The notes under the pieces are model-generated. The model was not told the DNA's origin and searched no databases. It saw only the letters and a program-made list of their open reading frames with translations. The position numbers and the translations under genes are program-made. A stretch of DNA of 64,000 bases, from positions 1 to 64,000 of the forward strand of contig JBEKSC010000001.1 in assembly GCA_049517415.1 (NCBI GenBank), written 5' to 3'. The DNA comes from Candidatus Bathyarchaeia archaeon. Lineage in GTDB: Archaea > Thermoproteota > Bathyarchaeia > 40CM-2-53-6. Below are positions 28,260-38,511 of the stretch, piece after piece (position 1 is the stretch's first letter; every line of letters starts with the position of its first letter).

Positions 28260-29168
28260 ATGATAGATCTACCGACGGTGATTTATGCTGCACTTCTGAC
28301 TTGCCCCCCGATCCTTCTTGCTTCGTTGGGCATGACCGTTTGCGAGAGGGCGGGCGAGTACAATATAGGAATGGAAGGCATAATGCTAGTCGCCGCGACG
28401 AGTACGTACTTAGTGGCTCTGGTCACCGGGAGCCTACCTCTGTCCATCCTCATCGGTCCACTTGTTGGACTGGCGTTCGGCGTTTCGTTAACGATCCTCC
28501 AACTGAGACTTAGGCTTGATCAAACAATCCTAGGCTTGGGCATTATCCTGTTTGGTACGGGGATGGACCCTTACCTAGCCGGATTCGTACCCGTTGCGAC
28601 GGTGGGAAACGCTGTTGCTACACTACCAAGGGTCGGAATCTTCGCAAATTCCTATTGGGCCTTCCTCGTGAATCAGAATGTCTTTGTCTACATTTCCCTG
28701 GCAGCCATTCCCGTGGCTTGGTTTTTAACGAGCCGGACATTCTTTGGATTGAAGATGACAGCGGCCGGAGAGAATCCTGCGGGTAGCGACGCCGTGGGAG
28801 TTGATGTCTTCAAGACGAAAGCGATATGCTTGATTGTTTCTTGCATGCTAGGCGGTTTTGCGGGCGGATACTTCATATACGGTATGATTGGTGGCTGGAT
28901 CGTAGGCGTTACGGGGGGTGCCGGGTTTCTGGCTATAGCCATCGTTAGAATTGGAAATTGGGATGTTCGATACGTGGGAATCTATTCCATCATTGTGTCC
29001 GCTCTATTTAGTTTCCAGTTCCTTGGACAAATCGTCTTTGGCAACATACCGAGTGAAGTTTTCCAGTCGATGAGCTACGTCATAAGCATTATAGTGGTGG
29101 TCCTGACGAACAGTATTGGTAAGAGAACAGGTCCAGCAGCATTGGGGATTCCTTACAAGAGGGGGTAG
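28260..29168 (+). CDS. Nucleoside ABC transporter permease 2
   Basis: ERAG.YNIGMEG, AGENP, PAALG.PY. Confidence 0.92.
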   Translation: MIDLPTVIYAALLTCPPILLASLGMTVCERAGEYNIGMEGIMLVAATSTYLVALVTGSLPLSILIGPLVGLAFGVSLTILQLRLRLDQTILGLGIILFGTGMDPYLAGFVPVATVGNAVATLPRVGIFANSYWAFLVNQNVFVYISLAAIPVAWFLTSRTFFGLKMTAAGENPAGSDAVGVDVFKTKAICLIVSCMLGGFAGGYFIYGMIGGWIVGVTGGAGFLAIAIVRIGNWDVRYVGIYSIIVSALFSFQFLGQIVFGNIPSEVFQSMSYVISIIVVVLTNSIGKRTGPAALGIPYKRG

Positions 29169-29605
29169 TCTGCTATCGTAGGACACAGCTCATTCGACGT
29201 GCTCGGCGATCGCCAGCCTTCCCCGCGAGCCACCCTCCGCCGCGACGGTCAACAGCCCAACCGACGTCGCGATCGACTGCTCGAATACTGTTTTCCCTAA
29301 ACGTTTTCCAAAACCCCGCCTTGTACATGTGACTAGGTCTACTTCGATCAACCTTTCGTGTCTTCTTGCCCCAAGCAGTAGGTTTGCCGGGGCTTCCGGG
29401 AGGGTTTCGGCGAAAGCTGCGCCTAACCCAGCAGACGCGCCCGTTATTGGCCGCGAATGTCACGCAAGCTCGCACTACTCAAATAGCCCGACCTTTGTCA
29501 GTGTGAAACAAATGGCGCCTCATGACGCGAATTGTAGTCAAATGAGAGCGCAACGAAAAAAAATAAAATGTAAAAAAGGGTTTGGAAACACGGCCGTGTC
29601 TCGGA

Positions 29606-30769
29606 CTACGATACTTGGAGCTGTGCCGGCCATGTTGTGTCCGTAGTAAGGTCGAATGTTCCTGCCGCGTTCCCTGCCCTCGCTGTGGCAATTGTCGAAT
29701 TCACGATATCTGGAACTGGTATAGCGGAATTGAATGGAGTCAAGCTAACGGTGTTGTCTTTGAGGAAGTATCGGAAGTGTGGGTGGGGAAGGAAATCTGG
29801 ATTGCCGGGATAATATACACGTGGCCAGTTGCCTTTCCAGATCATACTCATGATGTCGGACATGCATATGCCACAGTTCCATAATGTGCTGGCAACAACA
29901 GTATCTGGTGCAAGGGCGTATTGGTCAGAGTACACTCCCATCGCGTAGACGTGCGCAGCTTGTGCGCCCTTTATCGCGCCGGTTGTCATTCCGTCTCCTT
30001 GTCCACAAATAAAGTCACATCCGGCCGATGCTAATGCTGTAGCGGCCTTAAAACCCAGCGAGACATCATGGTAATCTCCCGTGAAAACGTAGTAGCATTC
30101 CGCTTTGGAATTAACTAATTTTGCTCCTTGCCTGTAACAATTGAAGATTAGCGCATCATATATGTCGTTGAAAGGTTGTACTGCACCCAATTTGTTTGTC
30201 TTCGTTAGTGCTCCACCAACTATTCCCTCCAGGAATGCTCCTAAGTGGGCATCCCACTCGTATGCGCCTGCATTAGGTGTGCTCGCGAGAGAGAAGGCGC
30301 TTTCGATAAAGGTGACGCCAGGATTCGCTTCTATCAGTGGTTTGTCCAGCGTTTGAGTGAAATCACTATCCCAAATCATGTTTGCGCCCTGTGATATGAA
30401 ACCAGCGTAGACGCTCGGTTTGTCTGTTGGCTTAACGCTCCAAGCCGAGAGCCACTTTGTCTTTATGTCCGGGAATGTCTTTGCAAGGATTTGATCGGCC
30501 AAAGGCTGGCCCCTTAGCATGGCGCTTCCCCACTGGGTCCCGGCCGGACCAGCATTGACAGTGGCTATAATGAAGGGGTTAGGGATTTCCATAGTCGCCG
30601 ACTGCGTTACGGTTTGTGTTACAGTTGAGGCAGTTGCGGGAGTCGAGGGCATTGAAACAGTGGAAAGCCCTCCGTAATATCCAGCAGCCGCGCCCACGGC
30701 CAGACCTACTACTCCTGTGCCGGCATACTTGAGATAATTGCGTCTACTAACTTTCTTACTTTCGCTCAT
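29606..30769 (-). CDS. BMP-family nucleoside-binding protein with a Tat signal
   Basis: SRRNYLKY twin-arginine motif plus TM helix; TKTNKLG, AMGVYSDQ..LAP. Confidence 0.9.
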   Translation of the reverse strand: MSESKKVSRRNYLKYAGTGVVGLAVGAAAGYYGGLSTVSMPSTPATASTVTQTVTQSATMEIPNPFIIATVNAGPAGTQWGSAMLRGQPLADQILAKTFPDIKTKWLSAWSVKPTDKPSVYAGFISQGANMIWDSDFTQTLDKPLIEANPGVTFIESAFSLASTPNAGAYEWDAHLGAFLEGIVGGALTKTNKLGAVQPFNDIYDALIFNCYRQGAKLVNSKAECYYVFTGDYHDVSLGFKAATALASAGCDFICGQGDGMTTGAIKGAQAAHVYAMGVYSDQYALAPDTVVASTLWNCGICMSDIMSMIWKGNWPRVYYPGNPDFLPHPHFRYFLKDNTVSLTPFNSAIPVPDIVNSTIATARAGNAAGTFDLTTDTTWPAQLQVS

Positions 30770-30912
30770 GAGAATTAACCTTACCTAATGGGATGTAGGT
30801 CTTTCATTCTTAAGACTTCTGATGTGACACTCCGCGGGTCTGAGTAACAAGGCTTATAGGCCAGCTGCACCGCTCGCGAATGTCAGGGTGCTGAAAGTTA
30901 GTAAGTACTCAG

Positions 30913-31917
30913 TTGCATGGAAGGCACTGGATTTCTCCTGAGACTGAATGGACAGATGAAGAACTCAACACAGTTCTAGACGTTGCTTTCGATCTAAAAA
31001 AGAAGAAAGCCCGCGGCGAACCTCACGAACTGCTCAGAAGCAAGACGCTCTTCATGATATGGTACAACCCCTCTACAAGGACGAGAAATTCCTTTGAAGC
31101 GGGGATGACGCAGCTGGGTGGACACGCTCACGATCTTACGACCGACAAGCTGCAAATATCTCATGGAGAAGCCGTCAAAGATACGTCGGCGGTCATTAGT
31201 AGATATGGTCACGGCATCGCTATTAGAAGATACGTGGGTGGAGTTCAGTACGGTGAGGGAAACCTGACCATGAGGGAGTATGCGAAGTATGCGACAGTCC
31301 CCGTGATAAACATGGAATGCGATGTGTGGCATCCTTGTCAAGGCGTCGCAGATTTGATGACCGTCAAAGAGAAATGGGGCGACCTGAAAGGAAAGAAATT
31401 TGTTATGAGCTGGGCTAATGGCCCTGGCGCCTGGAAGCCTCTTTCGGTCCCACAGACGAACATAGTCTTCTTTACGAGATTCGGGATGGATGTTACTCTG
31501 GCTTACCCCGAGAAATTCGATCTTGATCCCGCCGTCATAGCATACACGAAGAGCCTAGCTGACAGGTATGGGACGAAATTTGAGATTGTGCACGACATGA
31601 AGGAAGCTTTCGAAGGGGCTCATGTGGTCTATCCAAAGGGCTGGTGTAGCTGGGAGTTACTTGAGAAAGGAGGGTTCAAGGAGGGGCCTCATGAGGAGTA
31701 TAAGAAAGAGAAGTTGAAGAGTTGGAAGACCACGACTGCATTGATGGACGTTGCCGACAAGAGAGCGAACTACATGCACTGCTTGCCAGCGGACAGGGGC
31801 GACGAAGTGGATAATGACGTGATCGATGGGAAGTGGTCCGTGGTGGTCGATGAGGCTGAGAATAGGTTGCACGGTCAGAAGGCCATCATGGCTCTGACTA
31901 TGGGCGGGCTCCCATAG
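30913..31917 (+). CDS. YgeW-like (knotted-type) transcarbamylase A
   Basis: STRTR.SFE, HPCQ, HCLP; MSWA......KPLSVPQ loop as in YgeW. Confidence 0.92.
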   Translation: MHGRHWISPETEWTDEELNTVLDVAFDLKKKKARGEPHELLRSKTLFMIWYNPSTRTRNSFEAGMTQLGGHAHDLTTDKLQISHGEAVKDTSAVISRYGHGIAIRRYVGGVQYGEGNLTMREYAKYATVPVINMECDVWHPCQGVADLMTVKEKWGDLKGKKFVMSWANGPGAWKPLSVPQTNIVFFTRFGMDVTLAYPEKFDLDPAVIAYTKSLADRYGTKFEIVHDMKEAFEGAHVVYPKGWCSWELLEKGGFKEGPHEEYKKEKLKSWKTTTALMDVADKRANYMHCLPADRGDEVDNDVIDGKWSVVVDEAENRLHGQKAIMALTMGGLP

Positions 31918-31932
31918 GAAGGTGGGAAAAGT

Positions 31933-32154
31933 ATGCCTTGCTGTGTTCTATGTCCAGGCTTCTATGATTGTGACAAGATGAAAAGCAAGAATGCTCTTGG
32001 CCGAACAGCCTCGTATCGAAACAAGGTCCTAGCTCGTTGCTGCGAGACGTGCAGCTACTACGACTCCAAGTCCGGGTGGGGCAGAGCTTGGTGGTGCAAG
32101 AGACCATTCCAGTTCGAAGTTGCGCCCGCAACATGTTTTGAAGCGACGGTGTAG
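31933..32154 (+). CDS. 73-aa Cys-rich protein (two CCxxC motifs)
   Basis: Starts 15 nt after transcarbamylase A, GGAAGGTG upstream; 9 Cys. Confidence 0.6.
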   Translation: MPCCVLCPGFYDCDKMKSKNALGRTASYRNKVLARCCETCSYYDSKSGWGRAWWCKRPFQFEVAPATCFEATV

Positions 32155-32579
32155 CGGATCCCGATTCTGCTTTCCAAAAGTAGTGCTGTTTAGCTGTATT
32201 AGTGCTCTAGCTCCATTACGAAACCGAATGCACTGGCTGGCAGAACCTGCGGCCCCCCGACGTCCAAGCACGCCTTTTCAAATTCGATGTTTTCCTAGAG
32301 AAATGCGTCAAGCGAAACCAAGCGCTTCCGCATTGGAGAGTTTCTTATGGCCTGCGTGATGTCAACGCATTGCATGTGCTCCCCCCTCGCAGGCTATCTA
32401 AGATGTAGAGAAGGTTTGATGTCGGGATTGCGTGAAGTTCAAAACGGACTGGTTTCGGATGTTAAACTGGAAGTTTGAACCGGCCCGACGGGTCTGGATC
32501 CTAACACGCTCCAGTATTGGGCATTGGAAATTGGAATAGTTTCGAACGCTTAAATATTCTGAGGGCACCAACTAAACTC

Positions 32580-33947
32580 ATGAATGCTCGACGCGAAACG
32601 GTCACCGATGAGATTCTGAAGCAATATTATGCTCGATCTAAGAAGTCCCGTGCGTACTACGAACGCGCGTGCAAAGTTATTCCCAGCGGGAGCAATAGAG
32701 GCGTAATTTTCTACCGTCCATACCCGGCGTACTCGAAGCGCGCTAAAGGCAGCCACATTTGGGACCAGAACAACGTTGAACGAATAGATTACTGCTTCAA
32801 TTATAGCAGTCTTCTCCTGGGGCATTCTAACCCCGCAGTGATAAAGGCAATCAGGCAGGAGCTTGAGAATGGATTGGGAAGGGGGCAACCCACAACGGTT
32901 GAGGTTGAACTCGCCGAGCAGGTCTGCAAGATGGTGCCAACGGCTGAAATGGTGAAGTTCACAGTCACGGGGACCGAGGCCGTGATGAACGCAATCAGGT
33001 CTGCTAGAGCGCACACGCGAAGAAACAAGATAATAGCCTTCGAAGGCGCCTATCACGGGTCAGCAGACGCCGTCTCAGTAGAGGGTCTCAATTTCAAGGC
33101 TGAAGGAATTCCAGTCGACGTGCAGAAAAACACCGTGGTTGTTCCGTTCAACGACACGGAGCGTCTGGAATCGACTCTGAAAGAGCACAAGGGAGATGTG
33201 GCGGCAGTCCTTTTGGAGCCGTTCCTGGGCGCAGGTGGTACGGTAGTACCGGACGAAAACTTCTCAAAGGCAGTGCGTGAAATCACAGAATCAATGGATG
33301 TAATGCTCATCCTCGACGAGATCGTAAGTGGTTTCCGAATAGCGAAAGGAGGGTGGCAGGAGAAGTATAGAATCAAGCCTGATCTGACAACTCTTGGAAA
33401 GAATGTTACGGGTGGGATGCCCGGCGGTGCGGTTTGCGGGGCGAAAGAGATAATGGAGGATGTTTATGCCTTCCCACCCTCTGATTCACTCGAAATGAAA
33501 TCTCCGAAAACTCCTCTTTCAGGTACCTTCACTGCCTTTCCGTTGAGCATGGCCGCAGGTCTAGCTACGCTCAAGATGCTGAAATCAGCGATCTATGAAC
33601 ACGTTGATTCTTTGGCTTCCACGCTTTCGAAGGAGTTTGTGAAGATAGGGTCCGACCTTGGTTTCGATGTCAGGGCTCCCACAAGCGGTTCGGTCTTTCA
33701 GTTCTATTTCAGCGGAAAGGACATCACGGACGTATGGGCCGTCAAGTCAGCAAATTCTGAACTCAGAAGGTATCTCGACCTTGGCCTCTTGAACAACGGG
33801 GTCTATCTAGCCCCTGGGCACTTCTGCTGCACTTCCTCCGCAACTTCAAGAGCAGACATTAAGCTGACCATAGCGGCGATGGAGAAAGTGCTTCGGTCGT
33901 TGAAACCCGTCGCGAAGGAAGCTCTAACGGCTACGGTCGCTAGATAG
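32580..33947 (+). CDS. Class III aminotransferase, glutamate-semialdehyde aminomutase-like
   Basis: LLGHS, TGTEA, FEGAYHG, DEIVSGFR, LGK..TGGMPGG. Confidence 0.9.
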   Translation: MNARRETVTDEILKQYYARSKKSRAYYERACKVIPSGSNRGVIFYRPYPAYSKRAKGSHIWDQNNVERIDYCFNYSSLLLGHSNPAVIKAIRQELENGLGRGQPTTVEVELAEQVCKMVPTAEMVKFTVTGTEAVMNAIRSARAHTRRNKIIAFEGAYHGSADAVSVEGLNFKAEGIPVDVQKNTVVVPFNDTERLESTLKEHKGDVAAVLLEPFLGAGGTVVPDENFSKAVREITESMDVMLILDEIVSGFRIAKGGWQEKYRIKPDLTTLGKNVTGGMPGGAVCGAKEIMEDVYAFPPSDSLEMKSPKTPLSGTFTAFPLSMAAGLATLKMLKSAIYEHVDSLASTLSKEFVKIGSDLGFDVRAPTSGSVFQFYFSGKDITDVWAVKSANSELRRYLDLGLLNNGVYLAPGHFCCTSSATSRADIKLTIAAMEKVLRSLKPVAKEALTATVAR

Positions 33948-34125
33948 CCAAGTCAGGACAAGTCAGGCAGGACACGACGAACGTGGCGACACGTCTAGCT
34001 CTTATTTTAGACTGATGCAGACTGGAGTCCCCATATCCTCTCGAACCATCGACTGACAACCAGACTGAAGTTGCGTTCTTGGTATCATTGAGTTACTACC
34101 CGCTGAAGTTCTCTGATTTGGATTC

Positions 34126-35136
34126 CTATGTACCGAAGGTATTAATCATCTGACTCATGTTTGGTGTTATTGGCAGGATAACTGGGTAGGAGGCACCCGC
34201 CTTGACATACGCCTGCACACCAGTTTTGCAATCCTCCGGAGTTCCCGAAACCGTCAGCATGTCTACAACCTTGTCATCCACGAGCTTCATCGCCGCCTTC
34301 GGCCCGTCTTTCGTCGGAGGCCACCCACCTAATGCCTTACCGACATCCTTGATGAGTTGTTCCTTCACCCCACTTGCAAGCCCGATGTGTGGTTGTTGGC
34401 CGAGATAAAGGGTCACCAAATATCTTGCGGCCTCCTTTGCCTTTTCCGCATCTTCGTCCATTGCGACACCGATGAGCTGTGGCCTATCAATCTCCGACAC
34501 CTTCTTGCCTGCCTTTTTGGCTCCCTTGCCAAGTGCATCCAAAGAAAGCTTCAGGTATGGGACCGAGGTGAAAGCATTGAGAAATACTCCGTCGGCTATT
34601 TCTCCCGTGAGCTCCATCATCTTGAGCCCTGTTGCCCCGATGTAGATAGGGACGTTTACAGGGTTCTTGGGTCTGCCGTATCCCAAGTCCAGTGCGATAT
34701 CTCTGACCTTCATCACCTTACCTTCGTAAGTGAACCTTTCGAGGTTGAACAGCCGTCGCATAATCCCCACGAACTCCCTCATCGCAGTGAGCGGCATCTT
34801 CCGCTCGATTCCTTGTTTCCACGCGAGAGGATCCCAGTAAGCACCTACTCCCAGTATGGCCCTCCCATGAGACAGTTCATCGAGGGTCGCAAATGTCATA
34901 GCCGTCAGAGAGGGGACTCTGGTCCAGATGTTTATGACTCCAGGAGCGAGTTTGACGCGTTTGGTTATTGGGGCGAAGGCACCCAAGACGGATATAGCGT
35001 CCCGAACCAGCCTAGTTTCGCACGCCCAAATCGAGTGAAAACCCTTCTGGTCAGCCAGTTTCGCAAGTTCAAGTTGTTCGTCGGTACCTGGTCTGTCAAG
35101 AAAACAGAGGCCAACCCGTTTGTCATCGGAAGACAT
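34126..35136 (-). CDS. LLM-class (Mer-like, putatively F420-dependent) oxidoreductase
   Basis: ETRLVRDA, INIWTR, IYIGATG.KM.EL.GEIADG. Confidence 0.88.
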   Translation of the reverse strand: MSSDDKRVGLCFLDRPGTDEQLELAKLADQKGFHSIWACETRLVRDAISVLGAFAPITKRVKLAPGVINIWTRVPSLTAMTFATLDELSHGRAILGVGAYWDPLAWKQGIERKMPLTAMREFVGIMRRLFNLERFTYEGKVMKVRDIALDLGYGRPKNPVNVPIYIGATGLKMMELTGEIADGVFLNAFTSVPYLKLSLDALGKGAKKAGKKVSEIDRPQLIGVAMDEDAEKAKEAARYLVTLYLGQQPHIGLASGVKEQLIKDVGKALGGWPPTKDGPKAAMKLVDDKVVDMLTVSGTPEDCKTGVQAYVKAGASYPVILPITPNMSQMINTFGT

Positions 35137-35292
35137 GTGCTACAGGCGGCCACTCAGAAGATATAAGCGTTTAATTTCAAGCGCGCTTGAATCCTTGGCT
35201 CAAATCAAATCGTCCATCATAACATCGTGAACAAAACCTTAATAGGACTTTTCGGAACTCAGAAGAATTACGAATTTCAAAGGGCGAGAATT

Positions 35293-36270
35293 ATGGATTT
35301 GAAAGGACGAGATTACATCTCTCTGAAGGACTATAACGAAGAAGAGCTCTACATGATTTTTGACACTGCTGCGGATCTAAAGAGAAAACTCAAACGTAAT
35401 GAACCTCACGAGTTGCTCAGAGGAAAAACGATGGCGATGATTTTTGATATGCCCTCCACCCGAACAAGAATCTCGATGGAGACGCTGATGACGCAACTTG
35501 GTGGTCATGCACAAATGATCACTTCGGAGCAGTACTGGACAACAAAGAAAGAATCTTTGGCCGACTCTGCCAAAGTTTTCAGTAGATATGTGAACGGCGT
35601 CTTCATTAGGACATTCGCATACAAGGACATAAAGGAATTCGCCGACTACGCGAGCGTACCTGTCATCAATGCCTATTGTGACATGGAACATCCCTGCCAA
35701 GTCGCGGCTGACATAATGACAACCAGGGAGAAGAAGGGTACTTTGAAGGGCAGAAAGACTACCATAGCTTGGGCTTTCTCCAATTTCAACAAATCGCTTG
35801 GAATCGTGAATTCGACACTCTATACCGCTCCAAAGCTCGGTATGGACCTAACAATAGCCTGTCCTGAAGGATACGAACCAGACGCAGAAGTTGTGGAGTA
35901 TGCGAAATCAGTAGCAAAAGAAACAGGAGCGCAAGTTGAGATAACATCAGACTTGAACGAGGCCGTCCGAGACGCTGATGTGATTCATATCAAAGGCTGG
36001 GCCCCGCACGAGATAATTCGAATGGGCCCGAAAGGAATCGATGCCATGTCTCCGCACAGGCAAAACCCTGGTAAATACAAGCAATGGGTAATCAAGCAAG
36101 AACACCTGGATTTGGCAAAGAAGGGAGTCAACATACAGCATGCTCTACCTGTTGAAAGAGGCGTCGAGGCTTTGGATGAAATCATGGACGGGCCGAATTC
36201 CGTAATCTTCGACGAAGCCGAGAACAGACTGCACTCCGCGAAAGGAGTGGTAGCACTCATTCTCGAATAG
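35293..36270 (+). CDS. Transcarbamylase B (YgeW/AOTCase-like; HALP instead of HCLP)
   Basis: PSTRTR, HPCQ, IAWA....KSL, QHALP, DEAENRLH. Confidence 0.92.
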   Translation: MDLKGRDYISLKDYNEEELYMIFDTAADLKRKLKRNEPHELLRGKTMAMIFDMPSTRTRISMETLMTQLGGHAQMITSEQYWTTKKESLADSAKVFSRYVNGVFIRTFAYKDIKEFADYASVPVINAYCDMEHPCQVAADIMTTREKKGTLKGRKTTIAWAFSNFNKSLGIVNSTLYTAPKLGMDLTIACPEGYEPDAEVVEYAKSVAKETGAQVEITSDLNEAVRDADVIHIKGWAPHEIIRMGPKGIDAMSPHRQNPGKYKQWVIKQEHLDLAKKGVNIQHALPVERGVEALDEIMDGPNSVIFDEAENRLHSAKGVVALILE

Positions 36271-36806
36271 AACCCGAATCATTGCCGTCCCTGCCCCCGC
36301 GAAAGTAGTTTCCCGGGGTCCCCATTCCACATTGTTCTCTATTCCTAAATTGCCCACCTTATTCGAAGTACCTCTCTTCTTTCGAGCGAGACTAACGCTG
36401 CCGAATCAATGGACAAGACTCTGGCTGTATCGACCAAGACGAAGCGGGCTCAGGCGACAGGACGAGTCCTTAGCTGGCGACGATTCTACAAATTGTGGGT
36501 TAGCCTGAACCTTTTCGTCAGCCTCAGCAGATGCTTCGTTTGACTGGTCGTGGATCGCCTGCGCCGCTATTTGAGACAAGAGCCTCCTTGACGAAACACA
36601 CTTCATCTTACTCATTATTTTCTCATCCTCGACAGAGTATATGGCACCATCGCAGCTGTCAATGTCATTCGTTGAACAGCCCTAACAATAGAAAGTCGCC
36701 ATCATCCATAGAAAATCGCCACGTGAGAGCCCTATTGGAACGGATAGGACACTCCAAATAAGTACTCGAAGCGACCGGCGCTTCGGCGATACCCTGCTAT
36801 CGCGGT

Positions 36807-38189
36807 TTACAAGTCGGGCCGACCCGAAACAAAGGGGACGCCCTTGACGAATTGTCCCCTACCCTTCTTGCCACTGAACTGGCCGTTTTCAGCGATGACA
36901 TCACCTCGTGAGATCGTCATGACAGGATACCCGGTTACGGTGACGTCCTCGTAAATCGAGTAGTCAATATTACTGTGTAGATTGTCCGCCGAAAGTCTTA
37001 CTTTCTTTTGGGGATCGAATATTATGATGTCAGCGTCGCTGCCCACTGCGATGGTTCCTTTTCTTGGGTAAAGGCCATACATCTTTGCAGCATTAGAGGA
37101 CCCTACCTGTACCAATCGATTGAGAGAAAAGATATTCTTTCCAATGCCCTGAGAATAGAGTATGGGTAGAATCTGCTCTGTACCGGGAACACCATTCGGA
37201 ACCTTGTCGAAGCCATGCTGATTCTTCTGCTCCAAAGTGAATACCGCGTGATCACTGCCGACTGTTTGAATAGAACCATTTGCCAAACCTTGCCATAACT
37301 TTGCGCTGTCCTCTTCACTTCTAAGTGGTGGCGACATGATGTACCGATTCCCATCGGGTCTCCTTAGTGCCTCATCCGTAAAGGTAAGGTAATGCGGACA
37401 GGTTTCTGAGTAGATGGGAACGCCTCTAGTCTGAGCCTCTTTGATTTCGTTTACGGCTAGACCTGTCGATACGTGGACTATGTATAAGGGAGAATGTGCC
37501 ATCTCAGCCAGCCGGATACCTCGCTGAACCGCCTCTGCCTCAGCCAATGATGGCCTCGACTTTGCATGATACTCCGGGTCAATCTTACCTTCACTCAGAT
37601 ATCGAGCCACGAGACAATCAATGACTTCGCCGTTCTCAGCATGTAGACCAACTAAACTTCCGTTCTTTACGGCTTCTTCCATGACTCTGAATATTGATCC
37701 ATCATTCATGGAAAATGCCCCCTTATACGCCATGAAAACCTTCAAACTCACAACCCCCTCCGCTGTTAACGCGCCAACTTGGCTGAGATTAGTGGGATTG
37801 AAGTCTCTGAAAATCATATGAAGACCATAATCAATGGTTACCTTGGGATCAGCTTTCATGCGCCATGTCTTGTACGCATCCAGCAGAGTATCGCCCTTGG
37901 ATGGAGTGGCAAAATCAACGATTGTAGTTACGCCCCCACATGCAGCGGCCACCGTGCCATGATAGAAATCATCAATCGTTTCCGTTCCCATGAATGGCAT
38001 TTCCATATGTGTATGACCATCGATGAATCCCGGAAAGACCAACTTTCCTTGGGCATTTATCACCCTGCTGGCGGACTCCTTGCTCGACTTTGAGACTTCG
38101 ACTACTTTTCCATCTTTTATTCCGATTTCTCCTTCGAACGTATCTGATCCCGTAACAATCTTTCCATTTCTTATTATCAAGTCTAGCAT
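36807..38189 (-). CDS. hydA: Dihydropyrimidinase / D-hydantoinase
   Basis: DGHTHMEMPF, SLKVFMAY, HAENG, IVHVS, SPPLR, GSDH. Confidence 0.95.
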   Translation of the reverse strand: MLDLIIRNGKIVTGSDTFEGEIGIKDGKVVEVSKSSKESASRVINAQGKLVFPGFIDGHTHMEMPFMGTETIDDFYHGTVAAACGGVTTIVDFATPSKGDTLLDAYKTWRMKADPKVTIDYGLHMIFRDFNPTNLSQVGALTAEGVVSLKVFMAYKGAFSMNDGSIFRVMEEAVKNGSLVGLHAENGEVIDCLVARYLSEGKIDPEYHAKSRPSLAEAEAVQRGIRLAEMAHSPLYIVHVSTGLAVNEIKEAQTRGVPIYSETCPHYLTFTDEALRRPDGNRYIMSPPLRSEEDSAKLWQGLANGSIQTVGSDHAVFTLEQKNQHGFDKVPNGVPGTEQILPILYSQGIGKNIFSLNRLVQVGSSNAAKMYGLYPRKGTIAVGSDADIIIFDPQKKVRLSADNLHSNIDYSIYEDVTVTGYPVMTISRGDVIAENGQFSGKKGRGQFVKGVPFVSGRPDL

Positions 38190-38331
38190 TGATGACGCCG
38201 TCTCAACTTAGCAGAGTCCTTAATTATTAATGGTTTCTCGAGCGATTCTCAAGCGGCCCGCACTGTTAGCCAATAGGATGCTGACGATGGTTTTCCAAAA
38301 GCCTTCTCTGCTTACGAGAGGTTCATTTGAA

Positions 38332-38508
38332 GCCGGTATGGCTCAACTTGGCGAGGGTGCATGACGTTAAAGGCATACCCCAATGACGCGGCGGACATAA
38401 TCTTTGGCGAGGATCCAAAAGATCATGTAGTTGTCCTCTGCAGTACGGCCGACATGATTACTGCCCTGGGCAGCTAGGAGCCCCGGGTTCCTAGGCTAGG
38501 CCGCGTAA
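38332..38508 (+). ncRNA. Candidate structured RNA with a tRNA-like 5' end and a multibranch domain
   Basis: GCCGGTA TG GCTCAACTTGG start; ACGCGGC/GCCGCGT closing helix around three hairpins; G-U pairs favour the + strand. Confidence 0.45.
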
Positions 38509-38511
38509 CCC

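Noticed and set aside
29173..29600. ORFs or structure between the convergent ABC genes
   Set aside because: No motifs and only weak pairing; only an A/T tract consistent with a terminator.
32580..33947. hemL
   Set aside because: GSA-like fold, but divergent and without tetrapyrrole context; no symbol assigned.
34357..35166. Long antisense ORFs (also 2734-3243, 15139-15735, 32550-33056, 1244-1699)
   Set aside because: Shadows of better-supported genes on the opposite strand.
30913..36270. argF/arcB or an arginine deiminase pathway
   Set aside because: The OTCase SMG loop is missing and there is no arginine deiminase in the window.
36290..36790. Short ORFs between transcarbamylase B and hydA
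   Set aside because: No recognisable homology or translation signals.
38332..38508. Complete tRNA, SRP RNA or RNase P RNA
   Set aside because: No T arm or 3' acceptor strand, and the SRP and RNase P consensus cores are absent; kept only as a candidate ncRNA.
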